Source of the DNA: Octopus sinensis
Taxonomy: Eukaryota
Assembly (NCBI RefSeq): GCF_006345805.1
Contig: NC_042998.1
Span: 32,178,001 to 32,242,000, forward strand
Length of the DNA stretch: 64,000 bases
Direction of reading: 5' to 3'
Shown: piece by piece, positions 24,383 to 36,913 of the stretch
Layout: each line of letters starts with the position of its first letter
Position numbering within the stretch: the stretch's first letter is position 1
Notes under the pieces: model-generated
Database searches by the model: none
What the model was told of the DNA's origin: nothing
The model's input: the letters and a program-made list of their open reading frames with translations, nothing else
Made by a program: the position numbers and the translations under genes

Positions 24383-25560
24383 AGAAGGTTGAAAAGGAAC
24401 CAACGAGTTGATAAATATATAGGAAAAAAGTCAAGGTAGAAAATGCTAAAATAATTTTGTAAAAAACATTTCGGTACCGGTTTCAGTCATTGAGACTTTT
24501 TCAACTGTAAGTATGAAAAACAATAACATTTTGGAAAAGTTAAAGGAAAAGTGTTTTAAAAGAATATTTGTATAGTGTTCAAATACAAAGGGCATTTTCC
24601 TTGTTTCTGCCTGTCTCTATCTCTCTTGTTTACTCTTGGGGGTTCGAGGTCATTGTGAATTCTAGGTAGGGAAGAAGAAGAAGAAGAAGAAGAAGGAGAA
24701 GGAGGAGGAGAAGAAGAAGAAGAAAAGAAGAAGAAGAAGAAGAAGAAGAAGAAGAAGAAGAAGAAGAAGAAGAAAGCCATGATAGTAGTAGGATGTTAAA
24801 TAGTCAAGTACCCTGAATGTGATTCGTTGTGGATGGTAGTAGGGATTGAATTCTTGAGACATCTCTTTTGACTTTATTGTATATAATATTTGCGTAGGTT
24901 TTATTCTAAACAGCAATAGTGGTAAAGTTAGGAAGGGCGTGGCAGAAAAGAAGAAGACGAAGAAGAAGAAGGAGAAAGAGAAGGGTGAATAAGAAGGAAT
25001 GTAGGTAGTATGATAGTAGTAGGGTGTTAGATGGTCAAGTGACCTAAAAGTAGCTCGTTATGGATTATAGCAATGATTGGGACTGTTGTTTAATGAATTC
25101 TTGCGCATCTCTTGAGTGTATCATTTTTAATATTTGCGTGTGTGTTTGTATTATTCTAAGGCCGTGTTGGATATGTCGTTTGTTGTAGATGCGTTCAAAA
25201 GTGGTCTGTATTTTGTAATAAAGAAAGTATCTTTACTAATTCGTTGGCTGCAGGTTGTATCGTCTATGAATTGGTAGAGAGGAAACATTCTGAAGCTTGG
25301 ATTTTTGTTATTGGCGCAAATGTCAATGTGTTGGCTGAATGCTATTTTTCTGTTTTGGGGAATTATGATCTGGGATCTGTGCAGAGCCATTCTTTTACGT
25401 AGACTGTTTTTTGTTTGGCCTATGTATTACTCTTGACACCCAGAGCAGGTTAGTGTGTATATCAGGTTCTCTGAAGCACATGTGAAGTTGCTTTTCACTT
25501 TGAAACGTTGTCCCCGTTTGAAGGAGAACTCTGATTCCTCACTTAACTTGACGCATATCG
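24383..25560 (-). mobile_element. 5'-truncated Penelope-like element: GIY-YIG endonuclease remnant, repeated 3' UTR, HHR
   Basis: 25560->25151: FKVKSNFTCASENLIYTLTCSGCQE*YIGQTKNSLRKRMALHRSQI…FSQHI..C…KYRPLLN. About 230-bp direct repeat (24780/25010). HHR cag-TTGAAAA-agtc..gact-GAAA-CCGG-TA-ccg at 24472-24507. Confidence 0.9.
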
Positions 25561-26375
25561 TTGGTAACTCCTTATGGGGGAGGAGGCTGCAATGTCTATC
25601 TTGCGGGTAGTGATTTTTCCTTTCTCTGTTTGAAGTTACAAACATGACATTGACCTCTTTCTACCCATCTGTACCGAGTCGAGCTCTAAGTCTTTTCCTC
25701 GGACTACCCCGCTCTCCGTTTCGTTTTCAAACTCATTCTTACGGGTTAATAAGACACAACAATTTCTGTTTCCTTTATATTGCTCCTTTTCCGCTAAAAG
25801 CCTTTTGTCAACAATAAGAGTGTTCTTCCTATCATACTTTAGCTTCTCCTCATCCCGCTTAAATAATCATCCCCTTATCTTCTCTCGTAATGCGGGACCT
25901 CTTTTGTTTTCCAAGCTGCAAGGTGACCTCACGAACGCTGGTAGCAAGAAAAAAATCGACAGTACCCTCTGTGAAGTGGTTGACGTTAGGGCATCTAACC
26001 GTAAAAACCATGTAAAAAGAGAAGTACCGGAGTAAGAGGTGTCCGCTGACTCGTTGGAAACTGTCAAACTTCATGACCCATGGAGAACGGATGTAAAATG
26101 TTGATGATGATGATTATGGTGATGATGATCATAATGACAATGATGATGATGATAGTGAGGAGGAGGAGGAGGAGGAGGAGGAGGGATGATTATCAGAGCA
26201 GTGTGAGGAGTAATTATTATCGTAATTACGTGAACCTTCCGTTTATAACTCATGACATATTGAGTCAACAACAGAATTTCCTTCTCGTTTCACTTGCTAA
26301 AATAGCAGCCAAATATCTCTCTTATATTCAAAAATGAAATGAAGGACACATTAGCAATCAGGGTTGACACGAACT

Positions 26376-26377
<2 letters not shown>

Positions 26378-26440
<63 letters not shown>
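26378..26440. repeat. (CAG)n microsatellite
   Basis: About 21 pure units, no flanking coding context. Confidence 0.95.
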
Positions 26441-26444
<4 letters not shown>

Positions 26445-26559
26445 CAGACACAGCAGAAGCAACAGCAACAACATTTTTACATTATTTTGTTTATTCTTGG
26501 AACAGAAGAATGTGAAACAGAAATAGTGCGGCTTCGCCTTAAATATTTGACCTTGGAAT

Positions 26560-26604
<45 letters not shown>

Positions 26605-26638
26605 GTTAAACCTTATTTATGGAATTTATTATTTTGCT

Positions 26639-26684
<46 letters not shown>

Positions 26685-27339
26685 TCACATATATTTATAT
26701 TTTTTTTGTTTTATTAGTTCATATTCCTTTTTTTTAGAGAGTGAAGATTACTTCCTTAATCTCGGAAATTCTTCATGCAGATAAATGTAGGGAAGTTGCT
26801 GAGAGTTTTTTGTCAATATGACTATCTTTTTATGAATATCTTTTGAATTAGCTCTTAGTCAAATTCATAGATTTTTTTTTCAGTTGAAAAAAAATTTCAA
26901 GAACGTATGCATTCCCCAAATCAGCCCTCAACAGATATTGGAAGGAGGCGCCTCTATGAAATGCAATCAATATTTATATACTTTTATTCTGCAAAAAACA
27001 ATTCTATCAAGGCAGCACAGAGCTAATGATTATCAAGAACTTCTTTGATTTATTAGCTTAGCACTGAGAGGCTTGGCATAATTTCTTGGAATATTTCCAA
27101 TCATTCCTTTGAGCTCATACGTTTACTTGGCCGCTCGAAAAGGTATATATATATATTCTTCGAATAAACATAATTTTCATTGTGTGCGCATATGTGGATG
27201 CTTAGAAATTCTTTAGTATTTGTTTATAATGTACAGAAGTTTACAATAAGTTGTTAAGGCAAGCATGCTTTTTCTCTGCTTATAGATACTGAAGTACAAA
27301 CATACATATCCACATGAGTATATATATATATTTATAGAA

Positions 27340-27373
<34 letters not shown>

Positions 27374-27482
27374 ATGTGTGTGTGTGTGTGTGTGTGGTGT
27401 GTGTGTGTGTGTGGTGTGTGTGTGTGTGTGTGTGTGTGTGCGTCTGTATGTACTTTTGTATGTGAATATATGTATATATCTT

Positions 27483-27569
<87 letters not shown>

Positions 27570-27772
27570 TTGCATAATAGCAACGATATATATATATATA
27601 TATCGTTGCTATTATGCAAATGTGTCTTAAGTCCAAAACGTTGCTTATGTCAGAAAACGTAAAAATGGTTTCCCCATTCCATAACAAAGCCGTTGTACTA
27701 CACTTTGACAATTTTTAATATCTTGGCATCTGAAGCAGCTGGAAATACCACAGTTTAACATAATAACAACGA

Positions 27773-27808
<36 letters not shown>

Positions 27809-27859
27809 TGTATGTATGTATGTATGTATGTATATGTGTGCATGTACATATGTTGGTTG

Positions 27860-28320
27860 GGCGGCTCTTAGGAAGATGCATACCTTCATGGAAAGTGTCA
27901 AGGCTTCTTCAACGAGTACATCCTGCCAGTGATGGGTTACGGCAGTGAAACATGAACTCGAAACACTACCATCATAAACACCCTCATCGTATTGCAAAGG
28001 AAAATGTAACGAATTATACACGACATTGTATTGTGGGACAAGAAGGCCAACGCCAGGACACGGAGGAGAGACAGCGATATCATATGAACCATCAAGGAGA
28101 ACAAATATAGATGTGCTGGCCACATCGTGCGACTGAAAGACAACAGATGGACAATTAGGGTGACAGAATGGACACCAAGACAATGGACAAGAGGAAGAGG
28201 CCGACCAAAGACAAGGTAGGAAGGTGATCTCATCCGCTATCTGGAGCCTAGATGGCAACGACTGACCAGAGACAGATAGCGGTGAAAGGTGTCCAGGGAG
28301 GGTTTCCTCCTTCAGGAGTG
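27860..28320 (+). mobile_element. RTE-clade LINE 3' fragment
   Basis: LFNEYILPVMGYGSET*…QRKM.R…AGHIVRLKDNRWTIRVTEWTPRQWTRGRGRPKTR*EGDL. Confidence 0.85.
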
Positions 28321-28962
28321 ACGAAGCCCTGAACGTAAAGTGACAAAAGACAGCCATAGTAATTGCATGTATTCAAGACTAAAGCCATTTACAAAACATT
28401 AATTCTTCAATGCTACTTAATTCCAGGGTATTAAAGAAAGAACTAAACGAAATGATGATGTAAGAATGAAGCTGCTGTTACACATGCAGTTCTTCTGGAC
28501 AGTGTCCACCATTTGGCACACAAGCGTATCATGTTCTCTGTCCGTTTCCTTTTTTACTGTTTTCACAATGGCTTCCAATCATCAGATATGGATGTATTTT
28601 TTTAATCACATCTTTGGCTATCTTGAGTCATTTGTGTTTCTCTCTCGTCAACCATATCGTTTCTCCAGACCCCAAAACCAGCACCAATCATTTCACCATG
28701 ACATTTCTCGATATGCAAACCTATTGCAATTCTCAATCTCCGCATGATTTTCCTGTGCCCTTCACATGGAGCTTTTGAAAGGAACCATCGGCTACATCGA
28801 TTTCACCAGTCACAAAAGGTTTAAGGAACCACGATCATCGAGCTTTCCTATAAAATAAGCCACTGAACTAATTTTTAAGCAGTAAACTTTGTACTGCGTT
28901 GTGTATTACTTACATTTAAATTTAATCTGAAGCGACACTTCGTACTTTTAGTCCAATTGCCA

Positions 28963-28968
28963 TAGAAG

Positions 28969-29000
<32 letters not shown>

Positions 29001-29039
29001 GGAGAAGAAGAAGAAGAAGAAGTAGGAGAGGAGAAGAAG

Positions 29040-29071
<32 letters not shown>

Positions 29072-29460
29072 GGAGGGGAGAAGAAGAAGAAGAAAAAGAA
29101 GAAGAAGAAGAAGGAGGAGGGGAGAAGAAGTAGGAGAGGAGAAGAAGAAGAAGAAAAAGAAGAAGAAGGAGGAGGAGAAAAAGTAGAAGGAGGAGAAGAA
29201 GAAGAAGAAGAAGAGAAGAAGAAGAAGAAGAAGAAGAAGAAGAAGGAGAAGAAGTAGGAGAGGAGAAGAGAAGAAGAAAAGAAGAAGAAGGAGGAGGAGA
29301 AAAAGTAGAAGGAAGAGAAGAAGAAGAAGAAGAAGAAGAGAAGAAGAAGAAGAAGAAGAAGAAGAAGGAGAAGAAGAAGAAGAAGGAGGAGGAGAAGAAG
29401 AAGAAGAAGAAGAAGAAGAAGAAGAAGAAAAAGAAGAAGAAGAAGAAGAAGAAGAAGAAC
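28963..29460. repeat. (GAA)n purine tract
   Basis: Direct reading. Confidence 0.97.
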
Positions 29461-30204
29461 AAAATCTCAGTAAAGATTTTCTCCTCCTCGCAGCAATCTA
29501 CCTAAACACTTGCGCATTATTTATTCCCGTGGTTTGAAATTTATTGCTTTTCTGTATATTTTTTACTTTCGTAAATTGAGACAAACTCTGCTGTTATAAT
29601 AATTTATTTGTAGCCAACTTCATCTAAAGGTTACGTTTCAAAATGGTAAATATTTGATAAAGAATACAAGCATTTGAAAGAAACTGTCATTCCATTCGCA
29701 TAATAAGTACTCTTCATTGCATTTTAGTATTTCTAAGAGCAATAAAATAAGGAACACTTAAAGCTGCATTTTCTGCGCAAAATCTTATTTTAGTATTTTA
29801 GCATTGATTTCTCTCTCTCTCCCTCACTCTCTCTCTCTCTCTCCCTCACTCTCTCTCTCTCCCTCACTCTCACTCTCTCTCTTGCTCTTCCTCCCCCTCT
29901 GTCACACGCACACCACTCTCTCTTTTTCTGTTTCTTTCCCTTTCACTCTCTCTCTCGCGTGTGCGCTCCTCTTCCCCCTCCCTCTCGCTAATCTAAGTTA
30001 CTCATCTCTGCACATTCCTTTGGGCCTTAAAAATCGCAAAATTGCGAGGCAGTAATAATATCAGCAGATTCCAACGAATAAACAAACACTGCTAAAACCA
30101 TTGAACGCTTTCTATAAACCTAACCGTATGTGTTTGTGAGCGAGCATCTATAAGTGTATACATACATATATACACACGCACACACGCACACACACATACA
30201 CACG

Positions 30205-30745
30205 CACACAGGTGTGGTAAGAAGCTTGCTTCCCACCCACATGGTTCCGGGTTCAGTGTCACTGTATATATCTGTGTGTTTGTTTGTCCACTCCCAACAT
30301 CGCTTGACAACCGATGTAGGTGTGTTTACGTCCTTGTGACTTAGCGGTTCTGCAAGTACTAGGCTTACAAAAAAATAAGTCCTCAGGTCGATTCCTTCGA
30401 CTAAAACCCCTTAAGGCTGTGATCCATCATAGCTGTTGTCAAATGACGGAATCAAATGAAAGAATACATATGTGTGTATGTGTATGTGTGCGTGTGTGTG
30501 TGTGTGTGGAGGCGCGTGGCTTAGTGGTTAGCATCATGAACGTAAGATTGTGGTTTCGATTCCTGGACCGGGCGACGCGTTGTGTTCTTGAGCAAAACAC
30601 TTCATTTCACGTTGCTCTAGTCTACTCAGCTGGCAAAAATGAGTAACGCTGCGACGGACCGGCGTCCCATCCAGAGGGGAATTTCTACGCCACTGAAACC
30701 GGGAAACCGGCCCTTATGAGCCTGGCATGGCTCGAGAAGGAACAT
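30205..30745 (+). mobile_element. Two adjacent SINEs: internally deleted family 2 (30205-30465) and family 3 (30510-30745)
   Basis: tRNA-like heads gtggtaagaagcttgc..ggttcagt and ggcgcgtggcttagtggttag..gtttcgattcc. Confidence 0.75.
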
Positions 30746-30846
30746 TTATATTTATGTATAAGTTTGTATATCAGCCGTCATGACTGACCGCTAGCTTTCA
30801 TCCTTTCTGATTTTTTTATTCTCTCTCTGTTTATTTTCTCGTGTTC

Positions 30847-30882
30847 CTTTCTGTTGAAGAGCGTAGGCTCGAAACGTAAAAG
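30847..30882 (+). ncRNA. HHR motif (core CUGUUGA) in pLTR-like repeat
   Basis: cttt-CTGTTGA-a-gagc/gtag/gctc-GAAA-CG-TA-aaag. Same family as 1709. Confidence 0.6.
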
Positions 30883-31709
30883 ACTTTTGCACCTTCCCGA
30901 TTAACACACCTATTTGCTGTTTATACACGTACTCCGTCTTTTGTTTTTCTGTAAATTCCAACTATTACATATTATGAATATTTTATGTGGTTTTAGAGTG
31001 AAGTTTTGACTGCTATCTCTAGCACGATTGTATCTTTTTAGATACGCTTAATTATAAATATAAATATTTAAACATACACAGCTGTATGTATATGTGCATA
31101 TACGTACATGTGCGTGTATGCATGCGATTATGTATGTACCTTTGCCTCCCTTTTCTTAAATACATTAGCCATATATAAATCTATGATTTATTATATAAGT
31201 TTATTGTCATTATTATTCTTTATTCATTAGGCTAATCTTTTTGTCGTTTACATCCAATTGTTTGTCTTCACACTCATTTGCTTTTAACGTTCTTACTTCG
31301 TAAAATCTTTCTCCGACTTTTACAGCATTCATCTTCGTTTATAATACATCTCAGCACTTAAAATATCTTATGCTTTCTTCCAACTTTTGTTTTTACTGAC
31401 TGACAGGCCGCTGTCAATGAGTCACCCTGTATTTTCCGTTTAATAATATATGTGTGCGGCTGTCTGTGTGTGTGTGTAGTAAAAGTATTTGAATTTAGAA
31501 AGAAAGTTTTATCTACGTCAATGAGTCAGGCATCTAAGTTAAAGGCTTTCGACCTCTTACTGGAATCATCCATCTCCAACGTACTTAAGTCCTGTTACCA
31601 TTTGTTTAGAATGTAAGTGTTTGGAATTGGCAGGCACGTCACTTAACTGTGAGGAATCGAAGTAATGTATTATTAACGATTGTGTTGTTTGCAAGCACAA
31701 ATAAAATAA

Positions 31710-32140
31710 TGGCTTCAAACTTTGGAGCAAGGCCAGCAATTTTCGGTTCGGGCCAGGGGCTAAGTAGATTACATCGGCTCCACTGTTCAACTGGTACCTA
31801 TTTTATCGACCACGAAAGGATGAAAGGTAAAGTCGACCTCGGTGGAATTTGGACTCAAAACGTAAAGACGGACGAAATACCACTAAGCATTTTTTCCGGC
31901 GACTCTGCCACTTCACCGCCTTAAGCACAATTAATATAATCCTTTCTATTATAAGCACAAAGTCTTGAGTTTCTATCATATGCACAAGGCCTTGAGTTTC
32001 TTGATTTTACTTAATTTATCGGCCCCGAAAGGATAAAAATTAAAGTCTACCTCTGCGGAATTTGAACTTAGAACGTAGCGACGGACCAAAAGATCGCTAA
32101 GCATTTTGTCTGGTGTACTGATCATTCTGCCAGTTGGCCA
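31710..32140 (-). mobile_element. Two older SINE family 1 (tail B) copies
   Basis: Core gaaaggatgaaaggtaaagtcgacctcgg with divergence. Confidence 0.75.
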
Positions 32141-32254
32141 CCAGTTAATATAATATCTATTGAAAATGGTAACGGGGAACTTTATACAAATCTTTCATTT
32201 AAGAAACTAGTCATAGCGGTTTGTCATCTTTTTGAAACCATGGGAGTAAATGTC

Positions 32255-32960
32255 ATGGTTACAAATGGAGACCGCGGACGAGCTAGCCGCCGAACTTGAC
32301 CAGTGCTGTCTGGCATGATTCCGCCCATCCTCCGAGCCTCACAAATGAGCTTGGCTCAATGTAGCGCCATTACCCCGCAAGTGGTGTTCAACTTGATAGT
32401 CACTGCGTGTGCATTGGCGTTTTCTTAGGCTTGGTCTTCATATCTGAGGGCCGAATGGTAGGCCGATGTGAATCCACAGTGGATTCTTTTGCCCTCCACC
32501 CACTAGCGTTCATAGTGCTGGGGGCCTTCCACGCCATGCCACCCTTAATATTATAATGCAGGGCCGAGACGCTGCAGGCTTCCCTTCCCGGCTCGAGCCA
32601 GTGGGGATGGTAAAAGGCCGGGCGGTATGACGATTTTCCAGTTCCGTGGTGGTAGGCCCTTTTATCTCGGAGGACACATATTGTGACACCTTCACCAGCG
32701 GCAACTTGGTGTTGTCAGCTACCAGTCCAGGCTCCGCTGCTTGTCAGGCTGAGAAAAAACAACAGGTTTATGGTCGAGCCTGCGGTAGTTGAAATCTGTG
32801 ACGTTCTTGGCCGGATCATACCTTCGCTCATCGATATTGGGGTGGAGATTGCTCTCCGCAAATGGGAGCCCCGTGAATAAGAGCGGCTGTTCCAGTGCAT
32901 TACCCTCGCTATCCTCCAGAGTTACTCCTTTTCCATTTTGTCTGCCCGTGCCTGACTAAA
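32255..32960 (+). mobile_element. CRE-like non-LTR retrotransposon 3' fragment (Zn knuckle + REL)
   Basis: LRLGLHI…RCESTVDS.ALHPLA…HSAG.LPRHATLN…AGFPSRLEPVG…DGKRPGGMTIF…DTF…GSAACQAEKK…EPRE*ERLFQCITLAILQ. GC-rich island. Confidence 0.8.
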
Positions 32961-33431
32961 AGCAACTGTTTATTGCAGTTTGATAAAAACTTGGACTTCT
33001 TATTACCTGTCATATATGCATGGTTTCGTTATATATCATAATACACATTATATTTATTCTCCAAATTCTGCCGAGGTTGGCTTTGCTTTTCATCCTTTCG
33101 GCGGGGGGGGGGGGATAAAATAAGTATCAGTTCAACACGGGGGCAGGAGTGATGTAATCGACATGTTCCGTCCCTGAAGTTTCTGGCTTGTGTATATATA
33201 TAAGGATAAGATCGTTATTTAAATATCGAACTTATCATGTGGCCAGCATGGAAATAAAACACTTGAAAGGTAATAATTATTATTATTAAAATTATAATTT
33301 AGGGTATCTATAAGAGATACCACCACGCTTGAAATAGCAGCGAAAACTTGACTCTAAAACCACATTAAAAGTTCATACAGCACCAGGAGAGAAGACAAAA
33401 TAAATAAACTAGCAAAAAAATTACTGGATAA

Positions 33432-33487
33432 TTCCAGATTCCGGATTTCTGGTTTTGCATAAGAAATGCTTTGCCTCTTCAGTGGAA
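33432..33487 (-). ncRNA. HHR motif (core CUGAAGA) in a (TA)n-adjacent repeat
   Basis: Minus: ttcca-CTGAAGA-g..gcat/ttctt/atgc..-GAAA-TCCGGA-ATC-tggaa. Stem II is imperfect. Confidence 0.55.
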
Positions 33488-33509
33488 TATACACAGCACA
33501 TAAATACAA

Positions 33510-33593
<84 letters not shown>

Positions 33594-33661
33594 TAAGATC
33601 ATTTCAAATACGTTTGCAACAATATATGATAAAATATAAACAGTAACAGCAAAACTGCTAC

Positions 33662-33765
33662 TGGAGTAAAGATTATTTGCCAACGTAACATGACAGTCCT
33701 GGTTTAGGACGAATGTTGCCTAACCCAGAACTGCCATGTTATGTTGGCAAATAATCGCTACTCCA
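33662..33765. repeat. Imperfect inverted repeat (38-bp core stem, 10-nt loop)
   Basis: gattatttgccaacgtaacatgacagtcctggtttagg / cctaacccagaactgccatgttatgttggcaaataatc. Confidence 0.85.
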
Positions 33766-34220
33766 AAATACTGTTGCTGAATATCTTACGTTGTGAGATT
33801 TACAAATAGTAATTTTTCTAAAAAAGCTACTATTGTAAAATAGCCCAGCCTATATATTTTCTAATTATAGACACTAATCAATGAGTAGAATGTTTTATTT
33901 GGGCACAGATAATGTTGTAACATAAAACAAAAGGTGATATCTATCTGAATAGAACTTGTAGCAAGTACGTGCAATGGTTCTGATACGGATTAGAGGAAAC
34001 GTGGACATTGAATAAAGTATACTGCAGAGGCACATACAGAAAGATACAGTTTGTATAAAAATAACAAGGTACATTATTGAAGATACTCACCCACCCGCCC
34101 CTGTTTATATAGATCAGGAAAACAAGAACAGATGAATAAATGAAATGGCTGTGGTATGGTTCGAACTGATTACTATACTATTTAGAAACCTACACCTCAA
34201 ATATTTGCTTTAACTATTTT

Positions 34221-34818
34221 TATTTCTTTACTACCCACAAGGGGCTAAACACAGAGAGGACAAACAAGGACAGACAAACGGATTAAGTCGATTACATCGA
34301 CCGCAGTGTGTAACTGGTACTTATTTAATCGACCCCTAAAGGGTAAAAGGCAAAGTCGACCTCGGCGGAATTTGAACTCAGAACGTAGCGGTTGACGAAA
34401 TACCTATTTCTTTATTACCCACAAGGGGCTAAACACAAAGAGGACAAACAAGGAGAGACAAACGGATTAAGTCGATTACATCGACCCAGTGCGTAACTGG
34501 TACTTATTTAATCGATCCCGAAAGAATGAAAGGCAAAATCGACCTCGGCAGAATTTGAACTCAGAACGTAGCGGCAGACGAAATACCTATTTCTTTACTA
34601 CCCACAAGGGGCTAAACACAGAGAGGATAAACAAGGACAGACAAACGGAATAAGTCGATTATATCGACGCCAGTGCGTAACTGGTACTTATTTAATCGAC
34701 CTCGAAAGGATAAAGTGCAAAGTCGACCTCGGCAGAATTTGAACTCAGAACGTAACGGCACACGAAATGCTGCTCAGCATTTCGCCCGGCGTGCTAACGC
34801 TTCTGCCAGTTCGCCGCC
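34221..34818 (-). mobile_element. SINE family 1 trimer with one TSD pair
   Basis: TATTTGCTTTAACTA at 34202-34216 and 34822-34836. Confidence 0.92.
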
Positions 34819-36498
34819 TTTTATTTGCTTTAACTAATTTTGAGAAACTACTAATGTTTTTATACATATTTATATTTACTATTTGCCCATGCATATTTAG
34901 AATGTAGTCTTATACTACTTAGACTGTCGTTTTAACAAGGTTATAAATGAATCTGTAGATTAGGCGAGTTGCATTATTTATTAGGACTACTTCTTTGCAA
35001 ATGGGGAATTCTTTCACGTTTTAACCACACAGCTGTAAAATATTGATAGTTTCTATTCTACCAGGTTATAAGAAATTACAATTGAATAATAACCTAATGC
35101 TAGAAGAATTGTAAAACTTTGAATTTTGCAGTATCAATAGTTTCAGCAGATGTTTAAGACTTTTAACTCTATATTGACCATTCAACCCTGAAATACAACG
35201 AATTAACTCAGGCTTTGATCTCCGGGCTTTGAAAGTTTGATCTTTGGATCAGTCTTTTATCTTTTCAACAATTTGGCTACTGTATTTTCACAGGTATTAT
35301 TAATTTAATATTAATTCATTGGTATAATGTTCGATATAATATTGAATATGGTACCAAAACTATGTGGTCATGGCAAAGTCAGAGAATCGAAATATATGTG
35401 ATAATAGAATGAATGGCGCAAGTATTGATCTTATTCACTATGAGACACGGGGAAAAAAAGTTGAAATGGAAATTATATTGAATCTATGTCTCTGATGATT
35501 CGGGTAGCAATAAAACCTCAAAAAGAAAAGCGAGAGAAGAGTTGCAAATGCAATTCATTGTGAACGAATAAAAGATTTAAAAGATTTTCCTGCTATACAA
35601 CTGAATAAAAACTGCTATAATAGGACTGGTTTGGCAGTTCTTGTGTCGGTTAACTTACAAGCATTTCAGAGGAGTATTTTACAAGACGTTTTACAGTCGA
35701 GAGATATAATAAACTAGAAGAGGTTTAAATGAAGCTAAATCTAATGCATAGACATCATAAATAGTAGACATGGGTATTGGAGTATGTTTAAATATCTTGA
35801 AACTGGAGCCGTAATAAACTCCAATTATTTCGAAAACAAAATAATATAAAACTGACTGATAGACAATTGGTTCAGTTAACAAATTATGAAAAACAACTGA
35901 GAATATTGAAAACCTGTAAAAGTAGCATATAATACACAAAATTGGTACTAAACACGTTGCTTTGTAGTAAAGATCAGATGTGAACACTATACTGTATAAT
36001 CAGCACAAGTTATTCAAAGCATCTGCCGCTACGTTCTGAGTTCAAATTCCGCCGAGGTCGACTTTGCCTTTCATCCTTTCGAGGTCGATTAAATAAGTAC
36101 CAGTTACGCATTGGGGTCGATGTAATCGACTTAATCCCTTTGTCTGTCCTTGTTTGTCCCCTCTGTGTGTAGTCCCTTGTGGGCAGTAAATAAATAGGTA
36201 TTCGAAGGATGCCGGGAACTCTTTTAGAGACCGAAAGAAAATCAATGTTTCACATATTGTGAATGTTATTGCACTTAATTCTAAAGTATTCCTGAGTAGA
36301 CCTATGGTCAAAGGTATTCCAATGATAACCATAATATATGTTTGCTTCTATCTGATATTATCTAATGTGTCCTTTTTTTAAAGACAGGGTTGGAATTAAG
36401 AAACACATGACTGAAGATAGTTGAGGCTTCTTCTTTGACTCTTGCATTGGACGTGAGTATAAAATGAAGCCCGTGATTGACGTAGCGTGTGGTTTCTT

Positions 36499-36913
36499 AT
36501 TTCTTTATTGCCCACAAGGGGCTAAACGTAAAGGGGACAAACAAGGACAGACAAAGGGATTAAGTCGATTACATCGACCTCAGTGCGTAACTGGTACTTA
36601 ATTTATCGACCCCGAAAGGATGACAGGCAAAGTCGACCTCGGCAGAATTCGAACTCAGAACGTAGCGGCAGGCGAAATACCAATTTCTTTACTACCCACA
36701 AGGGTCCAAACACAGAGGGGACAAACAAGGACAGACAAACGGATTAAGTCGATTACATCGACCCCAGTGCGTAACTGGTACTTAATTTATCGACCCCGAA
36801 AGGATGAAAGGCAAAGTCGACCTCGGCGGAATTTGAACTCAGAACGAAACGGCAGACGAAATACTGTAGAGCATTTCGCCCGGCGTGCTAACGTTTCTGC
36901 CAGCTCGTCGCCT
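36499..36913 (-). mobile_element. SINE family 1 dimer (headless fragment also at about 36020-36200, plus strand)
   Basis: TSD gtggtttctt on both sides. Confidence 0.88.

Noticed and set aside
26378-26470. PolyQ-coding exon
   Set aside because: No open frame or splice context that I can support.
30510-30570. tRNA genes at SINE heads (also 41450, 46098)
   Set aside because: A/B-box-like motifs continue into SINE bodies and no full cloverleaf forms.
34221-34818. CRISPR-like or satellite interpretation of regularly spaced repeats
   Set aside because: Units are contiguous SINE bodies with no unique spacers, the context is eukaryotic, and there are no cas genes.
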